This document shows positions 25,767 through 34,158 of a DNA stretch of 36,311 nucleotides, piece after piece. Where the stretch lies: positions 1 through 36,311 of the forward strand of contig CAZEID010000011.1 in NCBI GenBank assembly GCA_964512075.1, in the 5' to 3' direction. Each line of letters begins with the position of its first letter. Position 1 is the stretch's first letter. A model generated the notes under the pieces. It saw only the letters and a list, made by a program, of their open reading frames with translations, was not told the DNA's origin and made no database searches. The translations under genes and the position numbers were made by a program. This DNA is from an uncultured Candidatus Saccharibacteria bacterium (GTDB lineage: Bacteria; Patescibacteriota; WWE3; 9FT-COMBO-53-11).

Positions 25767-27695
25767 TTACTTCGGATTAAACCACTGCGGAAGGAACTTT
25801 CTCTTCCAAACAGCAACGATTACCAGGATAACGGTCAAAATCCCCAAGTTAGGGAGGCTTAGTGGTAAGTAGATGGGCCGAATTATCTTCTGAGCCGCGT
25901 TCTCGAACGAGAGCGTCTCTCCATCGAAGCTCTTGGTGTGGGCGAGGACCGTTAGCGTCTCGGTTCCCCGAGTTAATAAACTCCTCGGAGAAAGAGTGAC
26001 AGTTTGAGTTACCGAGGCTCCCGGCGGGAGGGTCCCAATCCCCAGCGCGGTTTGATCCAAGTCCAATATTTGGCTGCGAAGATCGAGATTAGTCTCAAAG
26101 GCGCTGGCTTTTCCTCGGTTAGTAATTTGAAGAGTTACTTTCAATGGGAAAGGAGAAATCGCAAAAAGAGGAAAGTTAATTTTGGTTTCGATTTGGGGAG
26201 TTTCTTCTCGGACGGCAGTTTCTGCGGAGAAGGTGATGTCCATATCTTTTTGGCTGAGATCGGTCTTGTAGCTTCCCGCCGGTAACGGGTACTCCGACGA
26301 CTCTCCTTTGATTACGAAAGCCAGGTGAGAGAGATCAAAGGCTTCAAAGTAGTCACTGCCGGAGGTAGATCCCCAGGTTGGATCAACCATTACCCAGCCC
26401 GTTTCGGGGAGGTAAATCTCTGGCCAGGCGTGGAGAACATCCCCGCCCTCAACTTTCAGAGAGAGGGGGCGGTTGGTCTCATCCAGCGTGTAAGCGTAGC
26501 CGTTAACCTCGCGAGCGGGAATTCCCCCCGCGCGGGCAAGGGCGATCAGCAGATCAGTATATTCCATACAGACGGCCTGGTCACTTTGGGAAAGGGCGGA
26601 AAAGGCGCCTAGTCGAACTAGCTCACCGCTTTCCAGTTTTTGGTAGTTGTAGGAAAGTTTTTGGGTGACGAAATCGTAAATCCGGCGGGCATTTTGGGCC
26701 GCGGATAACTCCGGGTCCACCAGTTGGGCGGCTTGCGCCCTGATTTCAACGGCTCCCGTTTCCCAATACTTTTGGGCGGTAGTGTATTTCTGGACCAGTT
26801 CGGCAGGGATGGCTTTGGCTTTCTTGGTCGAGAAATTTCGGGGAGGGTGGAAGGTCACTAGCCATCCTTCCCAAACGACTTCTTTCTTCTCCAGAGGCCG
26901 AAGATTGTAGCGAGCAAGATAGTTTCCGTCCCCGTCGACGCGGATCGCCGCCGGGGTCGGCAGGAGGCTTTTTTGGACGACCTTCTGATAACCAGCTACA
27001 TCTGGGGGGAGGGCGATCTCGGTGTACCCAAAACCTACCCGCGGGTTTGCCAGATGGTAAGTCAGATTAAGCTGGTAAAGCTGAAATCGGCCGAAGCCCA
27101 TGCGCGGGGCCCCCTGGAGAAGGGCTTTCTTGTCGTAGACCATGATTCGACGTTGGTCGACAACGCGCTGGGAAACCGGTGGGGGAAACTGGAAGAGAGG
27201 TGGACCAAAACTCTTCGGCACCGAAATAGTTAATTGGTAGGAGGTAATTTTGTCGAGACCGGTAATCCGGAGGAGATTAAGTTCCCAAATCAGCCCGTTC
27301 TTGGTGGCAAGATGAGGGAAGGTGTAAGAGATTCCGAAATTAAGTTGATTGCCCTTCCCCAGAACCCGGGCGCGAAAGTTAAGGGTAATCTTGGTTTCGC
27401 CTCCGCCTTTCTGAAGTTGGGGTTTGAGAGGGCCGGTCGGATCCCAAGCGGAGATATCCGTTAACTCCTCGCTGCCAATCGTGAATTTGTACTGGGAAAC
27501 AAAGTACTGGCTGGTAAGATTTTCAATTGTGACGTTCTGGGTGACTCTTACGCTTCCGTCTTCCGCGGCGACGTAAGAAGTAGCGTAACTAGTCTGGAAT
27601 TCATTCGCTGCCCAGGCGGTGCTTCGAGGAAGAAAAAGCGGACTGGTAACTAGTAGGAAGAGTGTCCCGAGAACAAAAAATGCTTCCCTCCGCAT
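25767..27695 (-). CDS. Secreted, C-terminally anchored transglutaminase-like protein
   Basis: Signal peptide; triad AVCMEY, HAW, DPTWG; C-terminal TM. Confidence 0.88.
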   Translation of the reverse strand: MRREAFFVLGTLFLLVTSPLFLPRSTAWAANEFQTSYATSYVAAEDGSVRVTQNVTIENLTSQYFVSQYKFTIGSEELTDISAWDPTGPLKPQLQKGGGETKITLNFRARVLGKGNQLNFGISYTFPHLATKNGLIWELNLLRITGLDKITSYQLTISVPKSFGPPLFQFPPPVSQRVVDQRRIMVYDKKALLQGAPRMGFGRFQLYQLNLTYHLANPRVGFGYTEIALPPDVAGYQKVVQKSLLPTPAAIRVDGDGNYLARYNLRPLEKKEVVWEGWLVTFHPPRNFSTKKAKAIPAELVQKYTTAQKYWETGAVEIRAQAAQLVDPELSAAQNARRIYDFVTQKLSYNYQKLESGELVRLGAFSALSQSDQAVCMEYTDLLIALARAGGIPAREVNGYAYTLDETNRPLSLKVEGGDVLHAWPEIYLPETGWVMVDPTWGSTSGSDYFEAFDLSHLAFVIKGESSEYPLPAGSYKTDLSQKDMDITFSAETAVREETPQIETKINFPLFAISPFPLKVTLQITNRGKASAFETNLDLRSQILDLDQTALGIGTLPPGASVTQTVTLSPRSLLTRGTETLTVLAHTKSFDGETLSFENAAQKIIRPIYLPLSLPNLGILTVILVIVAVWKRKFLPQWFNPK

Positions 27696-27702
27696 CAGAA
27701 AG

Positions 27703-27712
27703 ATGTTAACAT
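27703..27712. promoter_or_regulatory. Palindromic bidirectional extended -10 element
   Basis: ATGTTAACAT reads TG-T-TAACAT on both strands, 6-7 nt from each divergent start codon. Confidence 0.65.
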
Positions 27713-27718
27713 ACCTCC

Positions 27719-28093
27719 GTGCTCAAGGTTTTGAAGGTTTTTTTGGCTTCGGTCGCCGCTCTTTTTGCAGTTGCTAAGATTGTTCCAGGGATTTCCTACC
27801 AGGGCGACTTGCGCGTCCTACTGGCGGCCTCCTTGGTCTTTGCAGGCCTTCACTCCATTGCAAAGCCGATTTTGAGCTTCGTTACCGCTCCACTGAATTT
27901 TCTAACGCTCGGTTTGGTCTCCGCGGTGATCAATTTTGGACTTTTCTACGCAGTTTCTTATTTGGTCCCGGCGTTCGTTCTTTCCCCCTTTGAGTTTGCG
28001 GGCATCCCTTTTAGTTCACTTGGGACGGCGATAATCGGGTCGGTGGTGGTTTCAATTTTCTTAGGGTTGTTGGAAGGTTTGCTCAATGCCTAG
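27719..28093 (+). CDS. YvlD-like four-TM membrane protein (holin superfamily IV)
   Basis: KPIL...TAPLNFLTLGL...VIN motif. Confidence 0.85.
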   Translation: MLKVLKVFLASVAALFAVAKIVPGISYQGDLRVLLAASLVFAGLHSIAKPILSFVTAPLNFLTLGLVSAVINFGLFYAVSYLVPAFVLSPFEFAGIPFSSLGTAIIGSVVVSIFLGLLEGLLNA

Positions 28094-28301
28094 CTTATTA
28101 ACCGCGGTTCAAATTCTAATTTCGCTTCTCCTGATTTTGGCAGTGCTTCTGCAAGGGAGGGGATCGGGGTTGTCTTCCCCTCTTGGAGGAATGGGGAAAA
28201 CTTTCCACACCCGCCGCGGCCTAGAGAAGATTCTGTATTATCTGACCGTTTTTTTGGCGATTCTTTTCACTATCTCAATTCTGGTTGGGACTTTAGATTG
28301 A
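28086..28301 (+). CDS. secG: Preprotein translocase subunit SecG
   Basis: Two TMs, VLLQGRGSGLS, TRRGLEK. Confidence 0.9.
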   Translation: MPSLLTAVQILISLLLILAVLLQGRGSGLSSPLGGMGKTFHTRRGLEKILYYLTVFLAILFTISILVGTLD

Positions 28302-28302
28302 A

Positions 28303-29712
28303 ATGGGGCGTTATTTGATTCTGATTTTGTTCCTGGGATTTTTGGGGGGATGGTTCGTTCTTCGGTTTGATCCTTTCCCAACTTTCACTGAAGGGTGGGT
28401 AGGCCAGCCTGAGGACCTGATTCCGGGTCAGGGACCGAGCAGTGCGATCGACAGCACCCTCGAACGGCTGCTGTTTCGGTCGCTTTTTACTTACGGGCCG
28501 AACGGGCAAATTGTTCCCGACCTGGCGGAGAGCTATACCGTTTCGGGAGGCGGTCGAACTTATACCGTAGTTTTGAAGGAGGCCGTTTGGCGGGATGGTC
28601 GCTCGGTTTCTTCCGCCGATGTGGCTTTTACCTTCAAGCGAGACCCGGCTTTCGCAGACGTCGTGATTAAGCAGGAAGGGGAAAGGCAAATCAGCTTTGT
28701 TTTAAAGGAGCCTCTCGCGCCGTTTTTGGGGATCCTGACGCGACCGATTGCTCCGGCCAACTTCTCCAATTCCCGGCCGGAACTGCTAGGAAACAGCAAT
28801 TTTGCCATCAGCCGAGTCTTCCAAGAGGGTGAGACCGTCAAAGAGCTTCGGTTGAAGAATCTCGGCACCGGAAGGATCAAAACTCTCCGCTTCAAGTTTT
28901 ATCCTAAAGAGTTGGATTTGGTGGAAGCGGCCCGTTTGGGGGAGGTGGATGCCCTCTCTTTATCCTCCTTCTCCGACCCTTCTTTTCGGCTTTATACGAC
29001 TCCAACTTGGAGCAGTTATTTTGCTGTTTTCTTCAACCTGGAAAGTTCAAATTCGCTCATTCGGAGCAGGACTTTTCGGAAAGCCGCGGCCTTCAAAACC
29101 CCCGTGCCGGAAGGGGAAGCGGCAGTGAACGGCCCATTTTCCGGGACTTGGGCGGAGGAAAATTTTAATCTTCCCCGATTTACTGATCGGGCGGTAGGAA
29201 AGTTTTCGGGGACCCTTTCGTTAACAGTGGTCGATATGGGCAATTTTCCGGTGATTGCCCGCCGAATTGCGGAGTCTTGGGAACGGGAGTTAGGTATTCA
29301 GGTAAAAGTTCGAGAGATTGATTCAGCCGCGGTTGATGACGTTTTAGCCCGGCGGGATTTTGACGCGATTCTCCTCGGTCAGGCCGTGGAGCGCGATCCC
29401 GACCGCTATAACCTTTGGCACTCTAGCCAAAAAGACTTTCCTGGGCAGAACATCAGCGGTTACGCAGACCCCCGGGCGGACCGGGCTTTAGAGGAGGGCC
29501 GAAAGGCCGAAAAAGTAACCGTTCGGCAGGTGCATTACGCTAATTTTCAACGGCTCTTCTTCGAGAACCAACCGGCAATCTTGGTCTACCATCCAAACTT
29601 CTTTTATTGGGTAAACCGGAAATTTACAGGCATTGATCTAAGTCCAGTTTTTTATCCGGAGGAAAGGTTCTGGAACTTTTCCGATTGGGAATTAGCTTTC
29701 GAATCCCGCTAA
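28303..29712 (+). CDS. ABC transporter substrate-binding protein, family 5 (peptide-type)
   Basis: PDLAESY, WRDG.SVSSADVAFTF, D.YNLWHSSQ, N.SGY. Confidence 0.88.
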   Translation: MGRYLILILFLGFLGGWFVLRFDPFPTFTEGWVGQPEDLIPGQGPSSAIDSTLERLLFRSLFTYGPNGQIVPDLAESYTVSGGGRTYTVVLKEAVWRDGRSVSSADVAFTFKRDPAFADVVIKQEGERQISFVLKEPLAPFLGILTRPIAPANFSNSRPELLGNSNFAISRVFQEGETVKELRLKNLGTGRIKTLRFKFYPKELDLVEAARLGEVDALSLSSFSDPSFRLYTTPTWSSYFAVFFNLESSNSLIRSRTFRKAAAFKTPVPEGEAAVNGPFSGTWAEENFNLPRFTDRAVGKFSGTLSLTVVDMGNFPVIARRIAESWERELGIQVKVREIDSAAVDDVLARRDFDAILLGQAVERDPDRYNLWHSSQKDFPGQNISGYADPRADRALEEGRKAEKVTVRQVHYANFQRLFFENQPAILVYHPNFFYWVNRKFTGIDLSPVFYPEERFWNFSDWELAFESR

Positions 29713-30345
29713 TAGGTCGGCATAGATTGTCGGAGGGTCGGCGGCAGTTACTACGGCTGAAGAGACCACCGCGCCGGCCGCCCCTAATTTGAGGGCGGTA
29801 GTGATATCCGATCTCTCGTGGACTCCCGCTCCGATTAGCAAGGGAATTTTTCCAACTCGGCGGACGGCCTCGCGGATGATTTCCGGCTTTGCCGAAGTGA
29901 CGGAAACGCTTCCACCGATCAGTTCCGGCGGTTCGTAAGCGATATAATCGGGGGAAAGTTCTTTAAGTTCAGCGGCTTTCTGGGGACTCCGCGCAAAGAT
30001 TAATACTTTTAAACCGGCTTCTCTCGCCAAATTGGCGGTTTTTCGAATGGTTTCGAAATTGAGAGGATGCTCGCTGTGGTTGAGAAAGGTACCTACGGCC
30101 CCCGCGGCCCGGGCGTCCGCGGGCGAAAGGTATCCTGTAAACTGTCCCTCCCCGGCAAAATCAACGTGTTGAGCCCAGATCGGAAAGTTGGTATGCGCAG
30201 CGACTTCCGCCAGTTGCAGTGAGGGAGGCGCAAAACCCACCCCCACCTTGGGATATTTCTTTGCTACCTCCTCTAAAAGTTGCGTTAACTTTAGGGCCTT
30301 GGGTCCGATCGCCTGGGGGTAGGTTTTGAAGTTAATCAGGAGCAT
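29692..30345 (-). CDS. tpiA: Triosephosphate isomerase, short archaeal type
   Basis: INFKTY, AQH, NHSE, AYEPPELIG, GAGV; ATG 30345 chosen because the longer track ORF runs into tRNA-Phe. Confidence 0.93.
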   Translation of the reverse strand: MLLINFKTYPQAIGPKALKLTQLLEEVAKKYPKVGVGFAPPSLQLAEVAAHTNFPIWAQHVDFAGEGQFTGYLSPADARAAGAVGTFLNHSEHPLNFETIRKTANLAREAGLKVLIFARSPQKAAELKELSPDYIAYEPPELIGGSVSVTSAKPEIIREAVRRVGKIPLLIGAGVHERSDITTALKLGAAGAVVSSAVVTAADPPTIYADLLAGFES

Positions 30346-30394
30346 ATCTAAAATATAGCAAGAGGATAAGGTAAAATATAGTGGAGAAAGTTCT

Positions 30395-30470
30395 GCCGAG
30401 GTAGCCAAGGTGGTCACGGCGGGCGCCTGAAGAGCGTCAGATGTCGGTTCGACTCCGACCCTCGGCACCA
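30395..30470 (+). tRNA. tRNA-Phe(GAA)
   Basis: Acceptor GCCGAGG/CCTCGGC, arm GGCGC-CTGAAGA-GCGTC, ACCA. Confidence 0.95.
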
Positions 30471-30493
30471 CAATAAGTACCGTTGCAGAGTGG

Positions 30494-30553
30494 GCGGGAG
30501 GACGCGATTTGTTCCAAACAAATCGCTAGCTTCCGCACGTGAGCGGGCGGGAG
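30494..30553 (+). repeat. GAC-hairpin-TAG mini-element at the 5' end of tRNA-Gly(GCC)
   Basis: GCGGGAG|GAC GCGATTTGTT-CCA-AACAAATCGC TAG CTTCCGC ACGTGAGCGG GCGGGAG|TAGC. Confidence 0.75.
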
Positions 30554-30621
30554 TAGCACAGTGGTAGTGCGTCTCGTTGCCAACGAGAAGATCGCGGGTT
30601 CGAATCCCGTCTCCCGCTCCA
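30547..30621 (+). tRNA. tRNA-Gly(GCC)
   Basis: Acceptor GCGGGAG/CTCCCGC, arm TCTCG-TTGCCAA-CGAGA, TCCA. Confidence 0.95.
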
Positions 30622-30622
30622 A

Positions 30623-30708
30623 GGGCGGGTGGCGAAATGGCAGACGCGCAGTCTTCAGGAGGCTGTGAGGGAAACCTCGTGAGGGTTCGACTCCCTCCTC
30701 GCCCACCA
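30623..30708 (+). tRNA. tRNA-Leu(CAG)
   Basis: Arm CAGTC-TTCAGGA-GGCTG, long variable arm, ACCA. Confidence 0.95.
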
Positions 30709-30714
30709 TTCTTG

Positions 30715-30799
30715 GCGGAGATGGCGGAATTGGCATACGCGCAGTCTTGAGGAGGCTGTGCCGAAAGGCTTGAGGGTTCGAGTCCCTCTCTCCGCACCA
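30715..30799 (+). tRNA. tRNA-Leu(GAG)
   Basis: Arm CAGTC-TTGAGGA-GGCTG, long variable arm, ACCA. Confidence 0.95.
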
Positions 30800-30822
30800 A
30801 CCTGCTTTCCTTCACTCGAGAG

Positions 30823-30897
30823 GGGTGGTTAGCTCAGCGGTAGAGCATTCGGCTTACATCCGAAAGGTCGAAGGTTCGATCCCTTCACCACCCACCA
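30823..30897 (+). tRNA. tRNA-Val(TAC)
   Basis: Acceptor GGGTGGT/ACCACCC, arm TTCGG-CTTACAT-CCGAA, ACCA. Confidence 0.95.
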
Positions 30898-30957
30898 GTT
30901 TGACTAAAGCCTAAGAGCTTTTTATTTTCCCCTCCCTAATTAAGCTAAAATCAATTG

Positions 30958-32655
30958 ATGCTTTCGGATGAGCAATTAACCGGAATTCTTTTGGAGAAGG
31001 GCTTACTGACTGACGCGCAAGCAGAAGAGATCAAGGTGGAAGCTAAAGCCAAGGGCACCTCCGCCTACTACCTTCTCCTGGAAAAACAGTTGGTGCCAGA
31101 TAATCAGATTGCCAAGGTTCTTTCCCAGTTCTATGGAGTTCCGGTGGCCCCGCTAGAGAAAGTCTCGATTAAGGAAGAGGTCTTGAAAACTCTCCCAGAA
31201 ATCATGGCCCAATCTAAATTAGCCGTAGTGTTTGCCAAAGATACCGGCGGCCTGAAAGTAGCTTTGGCGGACCCAAAGGACTTGGAAACGGTGGAATTTA
31301 TCCGAAAGAAGACTGGGGAGGAGGTTACGGTTTATTATGCCACTCCCCGGCGAATTGACGAGACTCTCCGCGCTTATCAGCGGGACATTAAGGGGGCAAT
31401 TCAGAAGCTTTTGGAGGAGGCCGAGAAGGAGGCAAAGAAGCTCGGGCGGAAAGTCGAGGCCCCGGTTATTCGGATTGTAGATTTGCTTCTTTCTTACGGG
31501 AACCAAAATCGCGCCTCGGACGTGCATATCGAGCCAAAGGAAGACGGCTCTTTGGTTCGATTCCGCATCGACGGAATTTTGCACGACGTGGTAGTCCTAC
31601 CCCGGGATATTCATGACGAGGTAGTAACGCGGATTAAAGTTTTGGCGGGGTTGCGGACGGATGAGCACTTTGCCGCCCAAGATGGGAAATTGTCTTTTCG
31701 AACCGGCATCGACTTGCCAAAGGAGCGCCAAGAGCGGATGGATGTGCGGGTCTCGATTATTCCTACTACTCACGGGGAGAAGGTGGTGATGCGGCTGCTT
31801 TCCGCCCGGGTGCGCCAATACTCTTTGGAAGATATGGGGTTTGCACCGGAGGATTTAATTAAGATCAAAGACGCCTATGAAAAGCCTTACGGCATGATTA
31901 TTGCTTCCGGGCCAACGGGCTCGGGAAAGACCACCACCATGTACGCAATTCTTAAGATTCTGAATAAGCGCGACGTCAATATTACGACAATTGAGGACCC
32001 GGTAGAGTACGACATGGAGGGGGTCAACCAGATTCAAGTAAATCCCAAGACCGGTTTAACCTTCGCTAACGGGCTGCGCTCGATCGTCCGGCAGGATCCC
32101 GACATCATCTTAGTTGGGGAAATTCGGGACTCCGAAACCGCCAGCATTGCCGTCAATTCGGCGATGACCGGCCACTTGGTTCTTTCCACCATGCACGCTA
32201 ATGATGCCGCGACAACTCTAGTTCGCTTGTTGGATATGGGAGTAGAGCCGTTTTTGGTAGCTTCTTCGGTCAACGTAATCATTGCTCAGCGGCTGCTGCG
32301 GGTTTTATGCAAGGAGTGCCGGAAGGAGCAGGAGATTGCGGTAACTGAGTTGCGCAAGCATTTTCCAGCCGATCTGGTAGAAAGACATTTCGGCAAAGGT
32401 CCAAAAGCTAAGATCTGGGCAGCCGAAGGCTGTCCAGTTTGCCAGCACACCGGTTACGCGGACCGGATCGGTATTCACGAAGTTCTTTTGGTGGACGATG
32501 AGATTCGCCAAGCTGTAATTGACCGGAAGGACGCCGAAACAATTCAAGACCTGTCCATCTCCAAGGGGATGACTACGATGATTGAGGACGGCTTGCGCAA
32601 GGTTGCCGGGGGAGTAACCTCATTGGAAGAGGTGCTTAGGGTAGTGAGGGAATAA
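30958..32655 (+). CDS. pilB: Type IV pilus assembly ATPase (PilB/GspE family)
   Basis: ASDVHIEP, GPTGSGKTTT, TIEDPVEY, RQDPD..VGEIRD, GHLVLSTMH, tetra-Cys motif. Confidence 0.93.
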   Translation: MLSDEQLTGILLEKGLLTDAQAEEIKVEAKAKGTSAYYLLLEKQLVPDNQIAKVLSQFYGVPVAPLEKVSIKEEVLKTLPEIMAQSKLAVVFAKDTGGLKVALADPKDLETVEFIRKKTGEEVTVYYATPRRIDETLRAYQRDIKGAIQKLLEEAEKEAKKLGRKVEAPVIRIVDLLLSYGNQNRASDVHIEPKEDGSLVRFRIDGILHDVVVLPRDIHDEVVTRIKVLAGLRTDEHFAAQDGKLSFRTGIDLPKERQERMDVRVSIIPTTHGEKVVMRLLSARVRQYSLEDMGFAPEDLIKIKDAYEKPYGMIIASGPTGSGKTTTMYAILKILNKRDVNITTIEDPVEYDMEGVNQIQVNPKTGLTFANGLRSIVRQDPDIILVGEIRDSETASIAVNSAMTGHLVLSTMHANDAATTLVRLLDMGVEPFLVASSVNVIIAQRLLRVLCKECRKEQEIAVTELRKHFPADLVERHFGKGPKAKIWAAEGCPVCQHTGYADRIGIHEVLLVDDEIRQAVIDRKDAETIQDLSISKGMTTMIEDGLRKVAGGVTSLEEVLRVVRE

Positions 32656-33707
32656 TGTTCTTAAATCGGGTTTCATTTTCCGAAAAGTTCTTTTTCACCA
32701 AAAATCTGGTGGTGATGCTGAAGAGCGGGATCCCAATTTCGGAAGTAATTGCAACTTTAGTAGAGCAATCCAAAAGCGCTACTTTCAGAAAAATTCTATC
32801 CCAGATTCGGGAGGATATTTCCCGCGGACGCAGCTTGGAAAAATCTCTCCGCCAGCACCCCCAAGTATTTGATCAGTTTTACCTAAGCTTGATTAAGGTG
32901 GGTGAGGAGTCCGGAACGCTGGAAGAGAGTCTGCTCTACTTAGTGGAGCAGATGCAGAAGGAAAGAGAGCTTCGGCAGAAGGTTCAGGGGGCGATGCTCT
33001 ACCCGGCGATTGTGCTCTTGGCGACGGGAGTAATCGGCTTAACTTTGGCTTTTTTCATCCTTCCCCAAATCATTGGATTGTTCGAGAGCTTGAATGTGGA
33101 TCTTCCGATTACGACCCGGCTTTTGATTTTTGGCGCCCGCCTTTTGCGGGATTGGGGGCTGATTATCATCCCTGCGGTTTTGGCTCTCGCGATTTTGGTA
33201 GCCCTGATTCTACGGACTTCCCGAGTTAAACCGTACTGGCATGCTTTTCTGCTCCGGCTGCCAATTTTTGGTTCGCTCTTCCAGAATATTGCGCTAGCGA
33301 CTCTCTCGCGAAACCTCGGAATTATGCTTAAAAGCGGTTTAACGATTACAGCAGCCTTGGAAACCTCGGCCGAAATTCAAGAAAATCTAGTTTACAAAAG
33401 AGCTCTGGCTAAAACGGCGGAGGAGGTGCGGAAAGGGAAACCGATCGAGTCCATCCTGGTGGAAGGTAAGTTTCGGGAGTTTCCCTTGTTTATGGTTCGA
33501 ATGATCGGGGTAGGCGAGAAGAGTGGAAATTTGGAGGAGAATCTCGCCTACCTCGGCGACTATTTCGAGAACGAAGTTGATGCCGTAACTAAGAATTTGG
33601 CCACAGTTCTCGAACCGGTAATGCTGATCTTTATCGGCGGAGTGGTGGCCTTTGTAGCGCTTTCAATCATCTCCCCGATTTATCAGGTAACGGGGAGTAT
33701 TCGCTGA
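32655..33707 (+). CDS. pilC: Type IV pilus platform protein (PilC/GspF family)
   Basis: Two GspF repeats (GEESGTL, GEKSGNL), AMLYP, LEP. Confidence 0.93.
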   Translation: MFLNRVSFSEKFFFTKNLVVMLKSGIPISEVIATLVEQSKSATFRKILSQIREDISRGRSLEKSLRQHPQVFDQFYLSLIKVGEESGTLEESLLYLVEQMQKERELRQKVQGAMLYPAIVLLATGVIGLTLAFFILPQIIGLFESLNVDLPITTRLLIFGARLLRDWGLIIIPAVLALAILVALILRTSRVKPYWHAFLLRLPIFGSLFQNIALATLSRNLGIMLKSGLTITAALETSAEIQENLVYKRALAKTAEEVRKGKPIESILVEGKFREFPLFMVRMIGVGEKSGNLEENLAYLGDYFENEVDAVTKNLATVLEPVMLIFIGGVVAFVALSIISPIYQVTGSIR

Positions 33708-34156
33708 TGGCTTCTTCTTTTCTAAAGAGGTCTGGTTTAACCGCAATCGAATTATTGGTGGTTGTCGCGATTATGGCGTTATTAGGAGTGACCTCGCTGG
33801 TGGGAGGTTTCCAACTGTTGTCTCAAAGCTACTTTACCAACACGGTTGAGAGAATCGTTCGGACTCTTCGAACTGCCCAAATCTATAGTCTCAGCGGCAA
33901 AAACGACGTCTCCTGGGGGGTTCACTACGAGTCGGGTCAGTTGATTCTCTTTAAGGGGGCGGATTATGCCACGCGGGACCCAGATTTCGACGTGCCGACC
34001 GCCATTCCGCCGGCGATGGCAATCACGGGCTGGAATGATATTTATTTTGATCGGTTGAGGGGAACTCCGTCCGCCCCTCTAAGTATTTTGGTGGAGTGGC
34101 AGGGTCGGGCTGGGACAATTTCGGTGAACAGTCAAGGAGGAATCACTCGGCCGTGA
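33707..34156 (+). CDS. Minor pilin (FimT/GspH-like)
   Basis: Class III signal G|LTAIELLVV. Confidence 0.85.
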   Translation: MASSFLKRSGLTAIELLVVVAIMALLGVTSLVGGFQLLSQSYFTNTVERIVRTLRTAQIYSLSGKNDVSWGVHYESGQLILFKGADYATRDPDFDVPTAIPPAMAITGWNDIYFDRLRGTPSAPLSILVEWQGRAGTISVNSQGGITRP

Positions 34157-34158
34157 GA

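Noticed and set aside
27719-28093. Prophage signal from the holin-family gene
   Set aside because: YvlD-like housekeeping context with secG; no phage genes nearby
29692-30815. 259-aa tpiA and the ORFs at 30414-30815, 30437-30736 and 1268-1468
   Set aside because: They read antisense through tRNA genes
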